The position numbers were made by a program, and so were the translations under genes. From assembly GCA_021785175.1 (NCBI GenBank), contig JAJYGH010000041.1, positions 2,815 through 66,814 of the forward strand: a stretch of DNA of 64,000 bases, in the 5' to 3' direction. This document shows, piece after piece, positions 51,511 through 63,226 of the stretch. Under the pieces are notes generated by a model. The model was not told where the DNA came from and made no database searches. It saw nothing but the letters and a program-made list of their open reading frames with translations. The first letter of the stretch is position 1, and the number at the start of each line of letters is the position of its first letter. The stretch is from Chloroflexota bacterium. GTDB lineage: Bacteria > Chloroflexota > Limnocylindria > Limnocylindrales > CSP1-4.

Positions 51511-52295
51511 GCGTCCATGCTCCGACCCCGGAGCCGAGGCGCGCGCGGGACTTGCGGCACGCGCGGTTGCAAGGTTCTTGCTGGGGGCCGCGTGCTTGCC
51601 GTGCGGCCGTCCTCGGCAGCGTCGCGTCGTGGTGGGCGCCCCGCGCGGCACCTCCGCGGCCCCAACCGGGCGCGTCGGCCGGGTCCGCCCGACGTCAACC
51701 GCCCGCGGGATGTCCCGCAGGCGCGAAAGACGGTGGGTATCTTGGGACCTGACGCCGAGAGCGGCCGGCCCGCGCGCGATCAGTGAGATGGAACGAGCCA
51801 CGGCCTCCTGCGCGCTTGCGGATCGGGCGATGCCCGCCCATCATCGAGCGTGGATGACGTTCGGTCCTTCTGCCTGTGGCGGAGCGTGACGGTGCGGCTG
51901 CGACCGAGCACAGTGGATCGTGGAGGCCGCTGCCAACGCCCGGTAGCTTCCGCCCCTGCTCGACCGCGCACGATCGCTGGCACGCGTGCCGCGCTTGGAG
52001 CCAGCAGACCTACGCCGACAGCGAGGCCGCGGGTGTCGGGACCGCGGCGACCTCCGCGTCATGTCGGACGCGGCCGCCACGGCCCTCAGCGCGGGCGCAC
52101 AGCGGGCACCCCGTGAGCATGGCTGTCCGGCTCGCGATCCGGCTGCGCCACACGTGTCCCTTGTGCTTCTGGCACTGCCACCACGCCTCGCGGTGCGACG
52201 CCCGGGGTCGAATACCCCGGATGATGGGCGTGAGCAAGCGGAGAGTGCGTGGGCTGTCCTGCCGGTGGCCGGCGGGGTCGACGCTTCGGCGACAT

Positions 52296-52336
52296 CTGCT
52301 ATAACTCTACTTATAGCAAGGCGAGTTATAGCAGGA
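52296..52336. promoter_or_regulatory. AT-rich palindromic operator-like element immediately upstream of the ATPase RBS
   Basis: tgctataactc-N15-gagttatagca (perfect 11-bp inverted repeat) with an internal ttatagcaagg half-site. Local GC is far below the 72% background. It ends at the AGGAGGA RBS. Confidence 0.35.
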
Positions 52337-52342
52337 GGATCC

Positions 52343-53812
52343 ATGGCGACCGCCCGGCCGACGGCCCTGTTCGATCGCGAGCGCGAGTGGGCCGACCTCG
52401 ATGCGTTCGCCACGGGTGCGATCGATGCGCGCCGCCTCGGCGTCGTCTACGGACGTCGGCGCTTCGGCAAGAGCTTCCTTCTCGAACACCTCACCCAGGT
52501 CACAGGCGGCTTCTACTACCAGGCACTTGAAGAGACGCGCGTCGCCAGCCTCAATCGGTTCACCAAGCGGGTGGCCGCCTTCGCGGGCGTGGAGGGTCTC
52601 CCGATCGGCGCCTTCGAGGACTGGCCTGCGGCGCTGTCCACGATTGCCCGCGCCGCGGCCGGCCGGCCGATCGTGATCGACGAGTTTCCGTACCTCCTGC
52701 GCGAGTCACCAGAGATCTCGTCTGCGATCGAGGATGCCTACGACCGCGTCGCGACGGGTCGCCACCCCGGACTCAAAGTGATCATCTGCGGTTCGGCGCT
52801 GTCCGCCATGACCAACGTGCTGACCGGGATGAAGGCCCTGCGGGGCCGGGCGATGCTCGACATGCCGATCCCCGCGTTCGACTACCGGCAGGCCCGTCGG
52901 TTCTGGAACATCCCCGATGTTCGCACGGCGTTCCTGGTCGACTCTGTGCTGGGGGGAGCGGCCGGCTACCGCGAGATCGCGGGATCGGCGCCAGCAGACC
53001 CGGCAGAGCTCCCTGACTGGCTCGCCGCGACGCTCCTCAACCCGTCTCATGCGCTGTTCCGGGAGGCTGAGTATGTCCTTTCCGAGGACCCGACCCTCGT
53101 GGATCGCGCGCTCTATCGCTCGATCATCTCAGCGGTCGTCGAGGGACAATCGACCCGACGGGGCGTCGGCAGCCGGCTGGGCCGTCCAGACACGGCCCTC
53201 GACCATCCGCTTGGCCAACTCGAACGCGCAGGCTTCATCACTCGCGACGCGGACCTGCTGCGGTCGAACCGCCCGCTCCTGCGGGTCAACGACCCGGTGC
53301 TCCGGTTCCACTTCGTCGTGCTCCGTCCTGATCTGGCTCGGTTCGAGGCGCGTCATACCGCGGCTGCCTGGATCGACGCGGAATCCCGATTCGCTTCGGG
53401 CGTGATCGGGCCTCACTTCGAGATGATCGCCCGTCACTGGACGGCGGCCTATGCGTCCAGGAAGACGCTCGGCGGCGCCGTGAAGCGGGTCGGCTTCGTG
53501 CAGGTGAACGAACGCGAGCGCAAGAGGGCGTACGAGATCGACGTCGTGGCCGAGGCCGCCGGGCAGAAGGACCACGATCGCGTGAGGCTGCTGGCCATCG
53601 GCGAGGCCAAAGGAAGCGAGAGACGTCGCGGGCTCGACGACCTGTACCGACTCGAGCTGCTGCGCTCGGACCTCGGAACACGGGCGGACATGGGTCGGAC
53701 GAAGATCCTCCTCTTCGGCCGGTCCGGATTCGACGATGACCTCGTTGCAGAAAGCTGGCGCCGGGACGATCTCGAGCTGGTGGACCTCGACCGCCTCTAC
53801 GACGGCGATTGA
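52343..53812 (+). CDS. AAA+ ATPase of the archaeal-ATPase/DUF234 family
   Basis: AGGAGGA RBS 4 nt from the ATG. Walker A (YGRRRFGKSFLL), Walker B (PIVIDEFPYLL) and a C-terminal DUF234-like region. The 5' 120 codons of track ORF 51986.. lie upstream of this RBS-supported start and are not counted as coding. Confidence 0.75.
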   Translation: MATARPTALFDREREWADLDAFATGAIDARRLGVVYGRRRFGKSFLLEHLTQVTGGFYYQALEETRVASLNRFTKRVAAFAGVEGLPIGAFEDWPAALSTIARAAAGRPIVIDEFPYLLRESPEISSAIEDAYDRVATGRHPGLKVIICGSALSAMTNVLTGMKALRGRAMLDMPIPAFDYRQARRFWNIPDVRTAFLVDSVLGGAAGYREIAGSAPADPAELPDWLAATLLNPSHALFREAEYVLSEDPTLVDRALYRSIISAVVEGQSTRRGVGSRLGRPDTALDHPLGQLERAGFITRDADLLRSNRPLLRVNDPVLRFHFVVLRPDLARFEARHTAAAWIDAESRFASGVIGPHFEMIARHWTAAYASRKTLGGAVKRVGFVQVNERERKRAYEIDVVAEAAGQKDHDRVRLLAIGEAKGSERRRGLDDLYRLELLRSDLGTRADMGRTKILLFGRSGFDDDLVAESWRRDDLELVDLDRLYDGD

Positions 53813-54218
53813 TCGACGGAACGAGCGGTTGCCGGTCACACCGCCACCGCATGGCGGCGAGGCGACTGTTGAGGCTATCGAGCAGGTTGAAGCCCATGCG
53901 GCAGGTCCCCACCAGGTGCGCGTACCGCTCGACGGCGTGCGTCTCGGTCGCGCCTGCCGCGTGCAACACCTCGCGTGCCCTCGCGATCCCCGCCGCCATC
54001 ATCCGCAGGTCGTTGTCGTGGAGCGAGAACGTCGAGCGCGGCACGGGCTCGACGAATTGGTCGCGGACGTCGTTGTCGAGCTCGGCCCGGTTCTCGGCAT
54101 CGGGCAGGATCTCGCCGAGGACGCCGAGCGAGGCGTGGCGGATGTAGTCCTGCATCCGCCTGATGAGTTCCTCCCGGAACGCGCCGTCCTCGTCGGCGAT
54201 GAGGTGCGCACTCCTGTT
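53813..54218 (-). pseudogene. Internal fragment of a GMC-family oxidoreductase (C-terminal catalytic region)
   Basis: [100 protein letters not shown] resembles the GMC C-terminal region ending in the H.VGTC+MG active-site motif. The expected roughly 60 aa after GTCRMG and the entire N-terminal roughly 400 aa are absent. An in-frame stop lies at about 54219. Confidence 0.35.
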
Positions 54219-54336
54219 TCAGGTCGAATCTCAATTCGAACGCGTCGGCGCGAGCCCGCGAGGTGCCACGACGCTGCAAGGCGATCCACGCCGCCGCGGC
54301 GGAGGGCTTGCGGGTGCGGGGACGAACCTCCGTGGC

Positions 54337-56217
54337 ATGACCGCGGCGGCGTTCGGCACGAGGGACAACCCGTCCCGGTGGGCGAGGAGGCTTCCCGAGG
54401 CGGCGCTGGCCACGCTCGGCGTCATCGTCGCCGGGTACCTCGCCTCGTACCAGCTCGGGATCGTCCACGCCGTCTGGGACCCGCTGTTCGGGTCGGCATC
54501 GTCCGCGAGCGTCGTCGAATCGCCACTGTCGCGCTCGCTGCCCGTCCCGGACGCCGCGCTGGGAACGCTCGCCTACCTCGTCGAGGCCGCGCTGGCGCTG
54601 ACGGGCCGCGCCGACCGGTGGATCTCGCAGTCGTGGCTCGTCGTCGTCTTCGGGCTCGTCGTCGCGGGCCTCGGCGTCACGGCGATCGGGCTGGTCCTGA
54701 TCCAGGCGTTCGTCGTCCACGCATGGTGCTCGCTGTGCCTGACGTCGGCGGTCATCTCGTTGGTCATGTCCGCATCCGCTTTCCCCGAGGTGCGGGCGGC
54801 GGTGGGCGTGCTGGCGGCGAGGCGCGCGCGGTCGCGCCGCGAGGTCGCGGTGTCGGGGCGCCCCGACAACACGCTGGCGCCGTCGCCGTCGTCGCCGCCT
54901 CCGCCTCCGCCGCCGGCGCCGCCGATCGCGCGATCCGCGCTGGACGCGGTCGCGGACGGACGCGGCAACGGAGACGGACGCGGGGACGAAGCGGATGCGA
55001 GCGACGACGCGAGGACGCGCGCCACGCGCAGCAGTGGAAAGGAGGCAGCGGGCGAATCGCGCCCGCGACACGACATGACACAGAACCCCACGCATCGGTT
55101 CGCGCCTTCGGAGCGGTTCGCATCCGGTGGCACCACCCCGGGCAGCACGGGCTCCGGCAACGGGACGGCAACGGCGACGCACGACCTGCTCGCGCCGGCC
55201 GGTGACGGCACGTCGCGGCGCGTCGTCGTGGTCAGCGGTGCGTCCGCGGGCGTCGGCCGCGCCGCCGCGATCGCCTTCGCCAAGGACGGCTGCGACGTCG
55301 CGGTGCTCGCGCGCGGCGAGGACGGCCTCGATGGCGCGCGGCGTGACGTCGAGGCGCAGGGCGTCCGCGCGCTCCCGATCAAGTGCGACGTGGCGGACGC
55401 GGATGCCGTCGAGCGCGCCGCCGACCAGGTCGAGCGGGAGTTCGGTCCGATCGACGTGTGGGTCAACGTCGCGATGGTGTCGGTGTTCTCGCCCGCGAAG
55501 GAGATGGAGCCCGACGAGTACCGGCGCGTCACCGAGGTGACGTACCTCGGACAGGTCTACGGCACGCTCTCCGCGCTCAAGCGGATGCTGCCGCGCGATC
55601 GCGGCCGGATCATCCAGGTCGGGTCCGCGCTCGCGTACCGCGGCATCCCGCTGCAGTCCGCGTACTGCGGGGCGAAGCACGCGATCCAGGGCTTCACCGA
55701 GTCGGTGCGCTGCGAGCTGATCCACGACGGCAGCAACGTCAAGATCAGCATGGCGCAGCTGCCGGCCGTCAACACGCCGCAGTTCGACTGGGTCAAGAGC
55801 CGGCTCCCGAACCGCGCCCAGCCGGTGCCGCCGATCTTCCAGCCGGAGCTGATCGCGAACGCGCTCGTCTGGCTGTCGCACAACTACCGTCGCGAGCTGA
55901 ACATCGGCGGCTCGACGGACCTCGCGATCTACGCGAACCGCGTCGTGCCGGGATGGCTCGATCACCACCTCGCGTGGACCGGGTACGACTCGCAGCAGAC
56001 GGACCAGCCGCGCAACCCGGATCAGCCGAACAACCTGTGGGAGCCGGTCGACGGCCGGGGCGGCGGCGACCACGGCGCGCACGGCCGGTTCGACGACCGC
56101 GCCAGCTACGAGAGCCGTCAGCTGTGGGCGGCCACGCATCGGAACGTGCTGCTCGGCGGCGTGGCCGCGGCGGCCGTCGGCGCCTTCGCGCTGATGCGCA
56201 CGATGTTCTCGCGATGA
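54337..56217 (+). CDS. Single ORF encoding a VKOR-like 4-TM domain (loop cysteines lost, TM4 CxxC retained), a Pro-rich linker and a short-chain dehydrogenase/reductase (SDR)
   Basis: N-terminal domain: [14 protein letters not shown] after a Ser-rich loop ([12 protein letters not shown]) where VKOR carries the C...C pair; TM4 carries [11 protein letters not shown]. Linker: [15 protein letters not shown] plus Gly/Asp/Thr-rich stretch. C-terminal: SDR ([16 protein letters not shown]...[11 protein letters not shown]...[17 protein letters not shown]) with a further about 110-aa extension. No stop separates the domains in this frame. Confidence 0.6.
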   Translation: MTAAAFGTRDNPSRWARRLPEAALATLGVIVAGYLASYQLGIVHAVWDPLFGSASSASVVESPLSRSLPVPDAALGTLAYLVEAALALTGRADRWISQSWLVVVFGLVVAGLGVTAIGLVLIQAFVVHAWCSLCLTSAVISLVMSASAFPEVRAAVGVLAARRARSRREVAVSGRPDNTLAPSPSSPPPPPPPAPPIARSALDAVADGRGNGDGRGDEADASDDARTRATRSSGKEAAGESRPRHDMTQNPTHRFAPSERFASGGTTPGSTGSGNGTATATHDLLAPAGDGTSRRVVVVSGASAGVGRAAAIAFAKDGCDVAVLARGEDGLDGARRDVEAQGVRALPIKCDVADADAVERAADQVEREFGPIDVWVNVAMVSVFSPAKEMEPDEYRRVTEVTYLGQVYGTLSALKRMLPRDRGRIIQVGSALAYRGIPLQSAYCGAKHAIQGFTESVRCELIHDGSNVKISMAQLPAVNTPQFDWVKSRLPNRAQPVPPIFQPELIANALVWLSHNYRRELNIGGSTDLAIYANRVVPGWLDHHLAWTGYDSQQTDQPRNPDQPNNLWEPVDGRGGGDHGAHGRFDDRASYESRQLWAATHRNVLLGGVAAAAVGAFALMRTMFSR

Positions 56218-56852
56218 GCCGGGAGGTCAGGCGGATGCGAATGCTGGGGATGACGGGCCGCGGCGGCACCCGGGGCCAGTCGCAGGCGTGGACGGACAAC
56301 GTGCGGGGCATGCTCGCGCGGCGAGGGGCGCGGGCTCGCGGCACCTTCGGTTCGCTCCGCGGAGCGCCGTCAACGGCGGTGTCGAACGGTCCCGATCCAC
56401 GGGCCCTCCTGGTCGCGGGCCTCCTCGGCGCGGCGCTCGGCGCGCTGCTCATGTATCTCCTCGACCCGGAGCGTGGTGCCCACCGACGCACGGCGGTCGC
56501 CGCCCGGGCGGGGTCGGCCGTCCGCTCGAGTCGGGAGGTCGCGGGGAGCCGATCGAAGGACGTCATGCAGCGGGCGCGGGGCATCCGCGTCGAGACGATC
56601 CGGGGGCAGGGTTACGCTCCCGACTCCGTGATCGCCGAGCGGGTGCGAGCCGAGCTCGGGCATCGCGTGCGACACGCCGGCGCGATCGAGGTCGACGTCC
56701 AGGACGGCGTCGCCGTGCTCCGGGGCCCGGTCCTGCGCGACGAGCTGTCGTCGGTGCTCGCGACCGCCCGCGAGGTCGACGGGGTACGGGACGTGGAGTC
56801 GGAGCTCGACATCCACGAGGCGCCGGGCGCGTTTCCCGCGCTCCAGGATTGA
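56214..56852 (+). CDS. BON-domain membrane protein
   Basis: The ATG overlaps the SDR stop (ATGA). One TM helix ([20 protein letters not shown]). BON domain ([60 protein letters not shown]). Confidence 0.65.
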   Translation: MSREVRRMRMLGMTGRGGTRGQSQAWTDNVRGMLARRGARARGTFGSLRGAPSTAVSNGPDPRALLVAGLLGAALGALLMYLLDPERGAHRRTAVAARAGSAVRSSREVAGSRSKDVMQRARGIRVETIRGQGYAPDSVIAERVRAELGHRVRHAGAIEVDVQDGVAVLRGPVLRDELSSVLATAREVDGVRDVESELDIHEAPGAFPALQD

Positions 56853-56968
56853 GCGCTCGCATGGAGGCACTCGACCCCGTCGCGTCGGGCTGCCTGACGT
56901 CCCTGAGGGGGCTGGATGGGGCAGGGCGAGCATCTCGGAGTGGCGCCGCGCGACGTACGATCCTGCCA

Positions 56969-57550
56969 ATGGATGATGCCCGATCGACCCCGGGGCTCGC
57001 GAGCCCCGCCAACCCCTGGCAGCGCCTCGCTCGTCGCACGGCCTACGAGAACCCGTGGATCACCGTCTGGGAGGACCAGGTGATCCGGCCCGACGGGCAC
57101 CCGGGAATCTACGGTGTCGTGCACTTCGTCCACCGCGCGGTGGGCGTCGTCCCCCTCGATGTCTCCGGCCGCGTGCTTCTCGTCGGACAGTGGCGGTACG
57201 TGCTCGACGCGTGGTCGTGGGAGATCCCGGAAGGCGGCGCGCGCCCTGACGAGGATCCTCTCGAGGCCGCACGGCGCGAGCTTGCCGAGGAGACGGGGTA
57301 CACGGGCGGGCGCTGGCGGGAGGCCGTCCGCGCGCACCTGTCGAACTCGGTGAGCGACGAGGAGGCGATGGTCTGGGTCGCCGACAGGCTCGAGCCGGGC
57401 GTCGCCGCGCCCGAGGGGACCGAGCAGCTCGAGCTCCGGTGGGTCGACTTCGACGACGCGCTCGCGATGTGCCGGGATGGCCGGATCACCGACGCGATGT
57501 CGGTCCTGGGCATCCAGGCCGCCGCGCTCGACCCGCAACTGCGGGCCTGA
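56969..57550 (+). CDS. NUDIX hydrolase (ADP-ribose pyrophosphatase-like)
   Basis: NUDIX box GGARPDEDPLEAARRELAEETGY. 193 aa. Confidence 0.8.
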   Translation: MDDARSTPGLASPANPWQRLARRTAYENPWITVWEDQVIRPDGHPGIYGVVHFVHRAVGVVPLDVSGRVLLVGQWRYVLDAWSWEIPEGGARPDEDPLEAARRELAEETGYTGGRWREAVRAHLSNSVSDEEAMVWVADRLEPGVAAPEGTEQLELRWVDFDDALAMCRDGRITDAMSVLGIQAAALDPQLRA

Positions 57551-57790
57551 CCGCCCGCACCTCTCCGGCCCCGCACCGCCCTCACTTCGCCGCGGCCGGT
57601 TGCCGGCACCGATGCTCCGACACCCGGCCTGAACCGACCACCGACGACGCGCCGTCCGGATCGGCCGATCCCGGTGCCCATGGAACGCGACGCCGCGGGA
57701 AGACGGGCGGACCGGGAGCCATCGACTCCCGGTCCGCGGTTTCGCCTCGTGGCCGCCCGGAGGCGGCTCGCGTCAGTGCTCGACCCGCGT

Positions 57791-59125
<1,335 letters not shown>

Positions 59126-59373
59126 TCAGAGGCAGGAACAGCCTGCCCGCGACGACTCGGCCGAAGTCGATGAGAAGGGTACCGGACCGGCGCCGCCGGT
59201 CACGGACCAGATGGACCACGCACGCGAGGCCGAAGCGGCTCCAACGTTGACGGACTCGCGCGAGCGCCCATGCGAGCGCCTTCAGCCATGCGCGTCCCGC
59301 CGATCGTCGCGGCCTCGGGTGGCCGCGACGCTACCGTTGGATGCTGCGGCTGCAAGCCACCCTGCTGGCGAAG

Positions 59374-59805
59374 CTACCGCTGCTGACCGTGCAGGCGCGT
59401 GTTCTCGGGTCCGCCGGTCGTCTTCCAGGCGGCGTCGACCTGGTCGATGAGGTCGAGCAGCTTCTGAGCCTCGGCGAGGTCTGTCGTCTCCTTGACCTTG
59501 CCCGCCTGCTTCGTGGCGTCCCAGAACAGCTGGTGCAGGTTCGGCACCTTGTCGAGCATGCTCGGCTTGAAATAGTCGTGCCAGAGCACGTCCAGGTGGC
59601 GCTGGCACAGGTCAGCGCGCTGCTCCTTGATGTCGATCGCGCGGGAGCGGAACACCGCATCGTCGCTCGCGTTGAACTTCTCGATGATCCGGTAGCAGCT
59701 CTCCGCCTCGATGCGAGCCTGCTCCGGATCGTAGATGCCGCACGGGAGTCCGCAATGGGCGTGGAGCGTGTGGCGTGGCACGAGCGAGTCGATCAGTCGG
59801 GACAT
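59374..59805 (-). CDS. sodN: Nickel-containing superoxide dismutase precursor
   Basis: A 16-aa propeptide, then the Ni-hook HCGLPCGIYDP (consensus HCxxPCGxY), then a four-helix region (AQARIEAESC...). AGGAGGA RBS 4 nt upstream of the ATG at 59805. Confidence 0.85.
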   Translation of the reverse strand: MSRLIDSLVPRHTLHAHCGLPCGIYDPEQARIEAESCYRIIEKFNASDDAVFRSRAIDIKEQRADLCQRHLDVLWHDYFKPSMLDKVPNLHQLFWDATKQAGKVKETTDLAEAQKLLDLIDQVDAAWKTTGGPENTRLHGQQR

Positions 59806-60186
59806 CGTTCCTCCTGGGTCTGCCGGCGAGTGGCACGGGCGCAGTGCGCGACTGCACGGGGCACAGATCGATCGAGAGAGCCGAGTGTCGGCCGCGCCGT
59901 GTGGCGTTCCCCGTCGCGCGCTCGAACCCCCCGCTTTCAGCGCCGTATCGACCGCCGTGACCGCTCCGGCCGCTGCGGTCACCGGCACCGGGAGACGGCG
60001 CGCCGACGTGTCGACCGGGGGCTGGCAACCGACGGCCCCGTCGCTGCGCTGCGGGGGGCACGGTGGGGTGGCTCCGCGGCCCGTGCCCGGCGGCCTGCTC
60101 GGGGCGTGGCCGTTCGTCCGGTGCTGGCCGATCGTCGCGCTCACGTTCGCCGGGCTGCTCATCCGCCGTCCGATCAAGGAGGGGAG

Positions 60187-60262
60187 TGGAGCGGGAGACG
60201 GGTCTCGAACCCGCGACATGCAGCTTGGAAGGCTGCCGCTCTGCCAACTGAGCTACTCCCGC
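60187..60262 (-). tRNA. tRNA-Gly (anticodon UCC), CCA encoded
   Basis: Manual fold of the reverse complement: GCGGGAG/CTCCCGC acceptor stem, D arm GCTC-AGTTGGCA-GAGC, anticodon stem-loop GCAGC-CTTCCAA-GCTGC, T arm GCGGG-TTCGAGA-CCCGT, discriminator T, CCA. Confidence 0.85.
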
Positions 60263-60812
60263 CCGCGATGGCGATGCCGGGCCACGGTACCACGGCGACG
60301 GAACGGCCCGTGCCCCATGTGGCCGGCGCGGCCTCGATGGCGTTCCGCGTGCTCTGTGGCGTCCCCGGTCAACCGCGACACGCCATGACCAACGACCTGC
60401 GGCCTGCTCGTGCCGGCCCGCGACGAGCCCATCCACGAACGGACGCAGCTGGCGAACCGCCTCCGTGCCGCCCTGCTCGTGCCCGCGCCTGAGGCAGCGC
60501 ATCCCCCCAGGTCCTGTCTTCGGCCTGACGGCGCGCAGGGTACACTTGGGTTCCGCCGGAAAGAGTCGGATCTGCTCGCCGCGTGCCTGCGACGCCGATC
60601 CCGCCGACCACGGACGAATCCCGGCCCCGGTCCTCGCCATCGCGGATTCGGTGGTGTGCCGCGACGACGGGGAAGAGCCAGACGGGTCGTCTCCTGCCCG
60701 GGCGAGTAGCCACCCGGGCTCGGGGAGGGGCCACAAGGCAGGTGCGTTCGAGCGGGCCAAGCGAGACACTCCACCGCCGACGCCGGAGAGGGTCGCAGCT
60801 GGAGCGACCGCG

Positions 60813-63107
60813 ATGCTGGAACCAGGACGTCCGGGCTCCTCCCCGGCGGATGCCGGAGGCCAACCCGCGCCAGTGACCGACCTGTGGTCGTCGGCCGCGA
60901 TCGTCGACGTCATCCTCGACCACCTCAGCGACGCCGTCTACGCCACGGACCTCGACAACCGAGTGACGTTCTGGGGCCCCTCCGCGGCGCGGTTGTTCGG
61001 GTACAGCGCGGACGAAGCCGTGGGACGACCCTACGGCGAGCTGCTCCCCTATCGGATGGCCGCCGCCGGCGACGAGGACGCCTTCGTCGCCGCCCTTCAG
61101 GCGGGCCGCACCTGGCGTGGCTCGGGCAGCGTGCGCCTCCGCGACGGTACCGAGCTGTGGATCGAGTCCACGGTGCAGCCCGTGCGGATCGACGGCCGCG
61201 TGATCGGGAGCGTCTCGGTCAGCCGGGACATGACCGCTCGACGCGAAGCGGAGCACCGGCTCGTCGCCCAGGAGCGGTTCCTCGGCGCGGTGCTCGAGGT
61301 GATGGGCACCATCGTCAGCGTGCTGGACGCCCAGGGACGCATCGTGCGCGTCAACCGGGCCGCCCAGGCGTTGAGCGGTCGCACGCCGGCCGAGCTGGTC
61401 GGACGACCCTTCTGGGAGGTGCTCATCCCGCCCTCCGAGGTGGCGACCATGCGGGCCAGGTTCGCCCGCCTGACCGCCGGCGACTACCCCAGCGTGTACG
61501 AGAACCACTGGCTCACCGCGGCGGGCGCGCAGCGCCTCATCCACTGGTCGAACACCTGCCTCACCGACACGTCGGGCGCGGTGACCCACGTGATCGGGGC
61601 GGGCACCGACATCACCGAGGGGCGGCGAACCCGCGACGCCCTGGACGGCATCGAGGCCGTCGGCCAGCTCCTGGCGAGCGCCGGTCCCACCGACGCCACG
61701 CTCGATGCCGTGGCCGAACGCCTGACCGCCCTCATGGGCTACCGGTATGTCACCCTCGTCCTCCGGGACGGGCAACTCTGGCGGCTCGGGGCGCAGCGCG
61801 GCTACGCGTCGCTGCCCGTCGTCTTCGACCCCGCGCGCGGCGTCATCGGACGGGTCATCCGCACCGGCGTCCCCGCCTTCGTCGCCGACGTGCTCGCCGA
61901 CCCCGACTATGTGGTTGGCGACGCCCTGGTACGGAGCGAACTCTGCGTGCCGCTGCGGGCCGAGGACACGACGCTCGGCGTGCTCGACATCGAGGCCGGC
62001 GCGGATGCGCCCCTCACCGAGGACGATCTGCGGCTGGCCCTCACGGTGGCCGACCGGCTCGCCGCGGCGCTGCTCCTCGGCCGCGAGCAGCTGGCTCTGC
62101 GCGAGCGCGTCCGGCTGTTCGGGGCCCTCACCGAGTTCGCCCGGCAGGCCGGGCTCGTCCGGGATCCGGAGCAGCTCTGGCCCGCCCTCGCGGATGCCGC
62201 CGCCGCGGTCATCGCCGCGGACATCGTCTCGCTCGCCACGCTCGACCGGGCCAGCGGGCAGTACGTCCTGCGCGCGGTGGCGGGTGTCAGCGACGCCCCC
62301 GTGGGGACCGCGGTGACGCCCGGCGAAGGTGCCGCGGGGCGCGCCATCGCCGAACGCGCGCTGGTGATCCTCGATGCGCTGCCCCGGGAGCGGTTCACCG
62401 CCGCGGTGCAGCCATACCTCCCGGCCGACGCCATGGCGGTGGCCGCGGTGCCGCTGCTGCGCGAGGGCGTGGTCCTGGGCGCCCTGGTGTTCGCCCGGCC
62501 GGCCGAGCGCGGCTTCAGCCCACTCGAGCAGGAGGTGGCCGCCCTCCTGGGCGCGCAGGCCGCGCTGGCGGTGGCCAACGCGCACCTCCTCGCGGAGGTG
62601 TCCGAGCTCGCCATCCACGATCCGCTGACCGGCCTCTTCAACCGCCGACACTTCGACGTCGCACTCGAGCTGATGGTCGCCCGCTGCCGGCGCGACCGTG
62701 GGCGAACGGCGCTGGCCGCGGTGATGCTCGATCTCGACCACTTCGGTGACTTCAACCGTGCGCACGGGCACCAGGCCGGCGACACAGCCCTGCGCCTGTT
62801 CGCGGGCGTGCTGCGCGAGCGGGTACGCTCGTCCGACCTCGTGGCCCGCTACGGGGGCGAGGAGTTCGTGGTGCTGCTGGAGGACTGCGACCGCGACGGT
62901 GCGGTGGCCGTCGCCGAGGCGATCCGCGCCACCTTCGCGGAGCGGGCCATCCCGGGGCCCGAGGGCGCCACCCTGCACGCCACCGTGTCCGCAGGCTGCG
63001 CCGTCCTCACGCCCGATGCGCCGTCCGCGGAGGCGCTCATCCGGTCCGCAGACGTGGGCCTCTTCGCGGCCAAGCGGGCTGGGCGCAATCAGGTGGTCGC
63101 GGTGTGA
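60813..63107 (+). CDS. Diguanylate cyclase with tandem PAS and GAF sensory domains (GGDEF-type, GGEEF)
   Basis: Two PAS domains (AVYATDLDNRVTFWGPSAARLFGY; VLDAQGRIVRVNRAAQALSG), two GAF regions, then a GGDEF domain (HDPLTGLFNRRHF...RYGGEEFVVLL). The start is taken at MLEPG (in the track frame); the upstream part of the track ORF is low-complexity. Confidence 0.8.
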   Translation: MLEPGRPGSSPADAGGQPAPVTDLWSSAAIVDVILDHLSDAVYATDLDNRVTFWGPSAARLFGYSADEAVGRPYGELLPYRMAAAGDEDAFVAALQAGRTWRGSGSVRLRDGTELWIESTVQPVRIDGRVIGSVSVSRDMTARREAEHRLVAQERFLGAVLEVMGTIVSVLDAQGRIVRVNRAAQALSGRTPAELVGRPFWEVLIPPSEVATMRARFARLTAGDYPSVYENHWLTAAGAQRLIHWSNTCLTDTSGAVTHVIGAGTDITEGRRTRDALDGIEAVGQLLASAGPTDATLDAVAERLTALMGYRYVTLVLRDGQLWRLGAQRGYASLPVVFDPARGVIGRVIRTGVPAFVADVLADPDYVVGDALVRSELCVPLRAEDTTLGVLDIEAGADAPLTEDDLRLALTVADRLAAALLLGREQLALRERVRLFGALTEFARQAGLVRDPEQLWPALADAAAAVIAADIVSLATLDRASGQYVLRAVAGVSDAPVGTAVTPGEGAAGRAIAERALVILDALPRERFTAAVQPYLPADAMAVAAVPLLREGVVLGALVFARPAERGFSPLEQEVAALLGAQAALAVANAHLLAEVSELAIHDPLTGLFNRRHFDVALELMVARCRRDRGRTALAAVMLDLDHFGDFNRAHGHQAGDTALRLFAGVLRERVRSSDLVARYGGEEFVVLLEDCDRDGAVAVAEAIRATFAERAIPGPEGATLHATVSAGCAVLTPDAPSAEALIRSADVGLFAAKRAGRNQVVAV

Positions 63108-63226
63108 CCGAACGCGACTCAGGTCCCGCGATCCGGGGGGCGGCGGGCTGACGCGGGGCGGCGGGCTGACGCGCCACTGAGCCCCTTGATCGCCGCTGGA
63201 CCGCGCCGCTGCGAACTGCTCAACCG

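Noticed and set aside
52010-52237. 75-aa minus-strand ORF with WWQCQKHKGH and CPLC
   Set aside because: I considered a small HNH or zinc-finger protein. It has no RBS, is Arg-rich, and runs straight into a shadow ORF, so it is most likely chance.
54163-54336. First 58 codons of track ORF 54163..56217 (MSSSRNAP...)
   Set aside because: It overlaps the GMC fragment on the opposite strand. The VKOR-like domain begins at the Met at 54337, so this upstream stretch is probably not coding.
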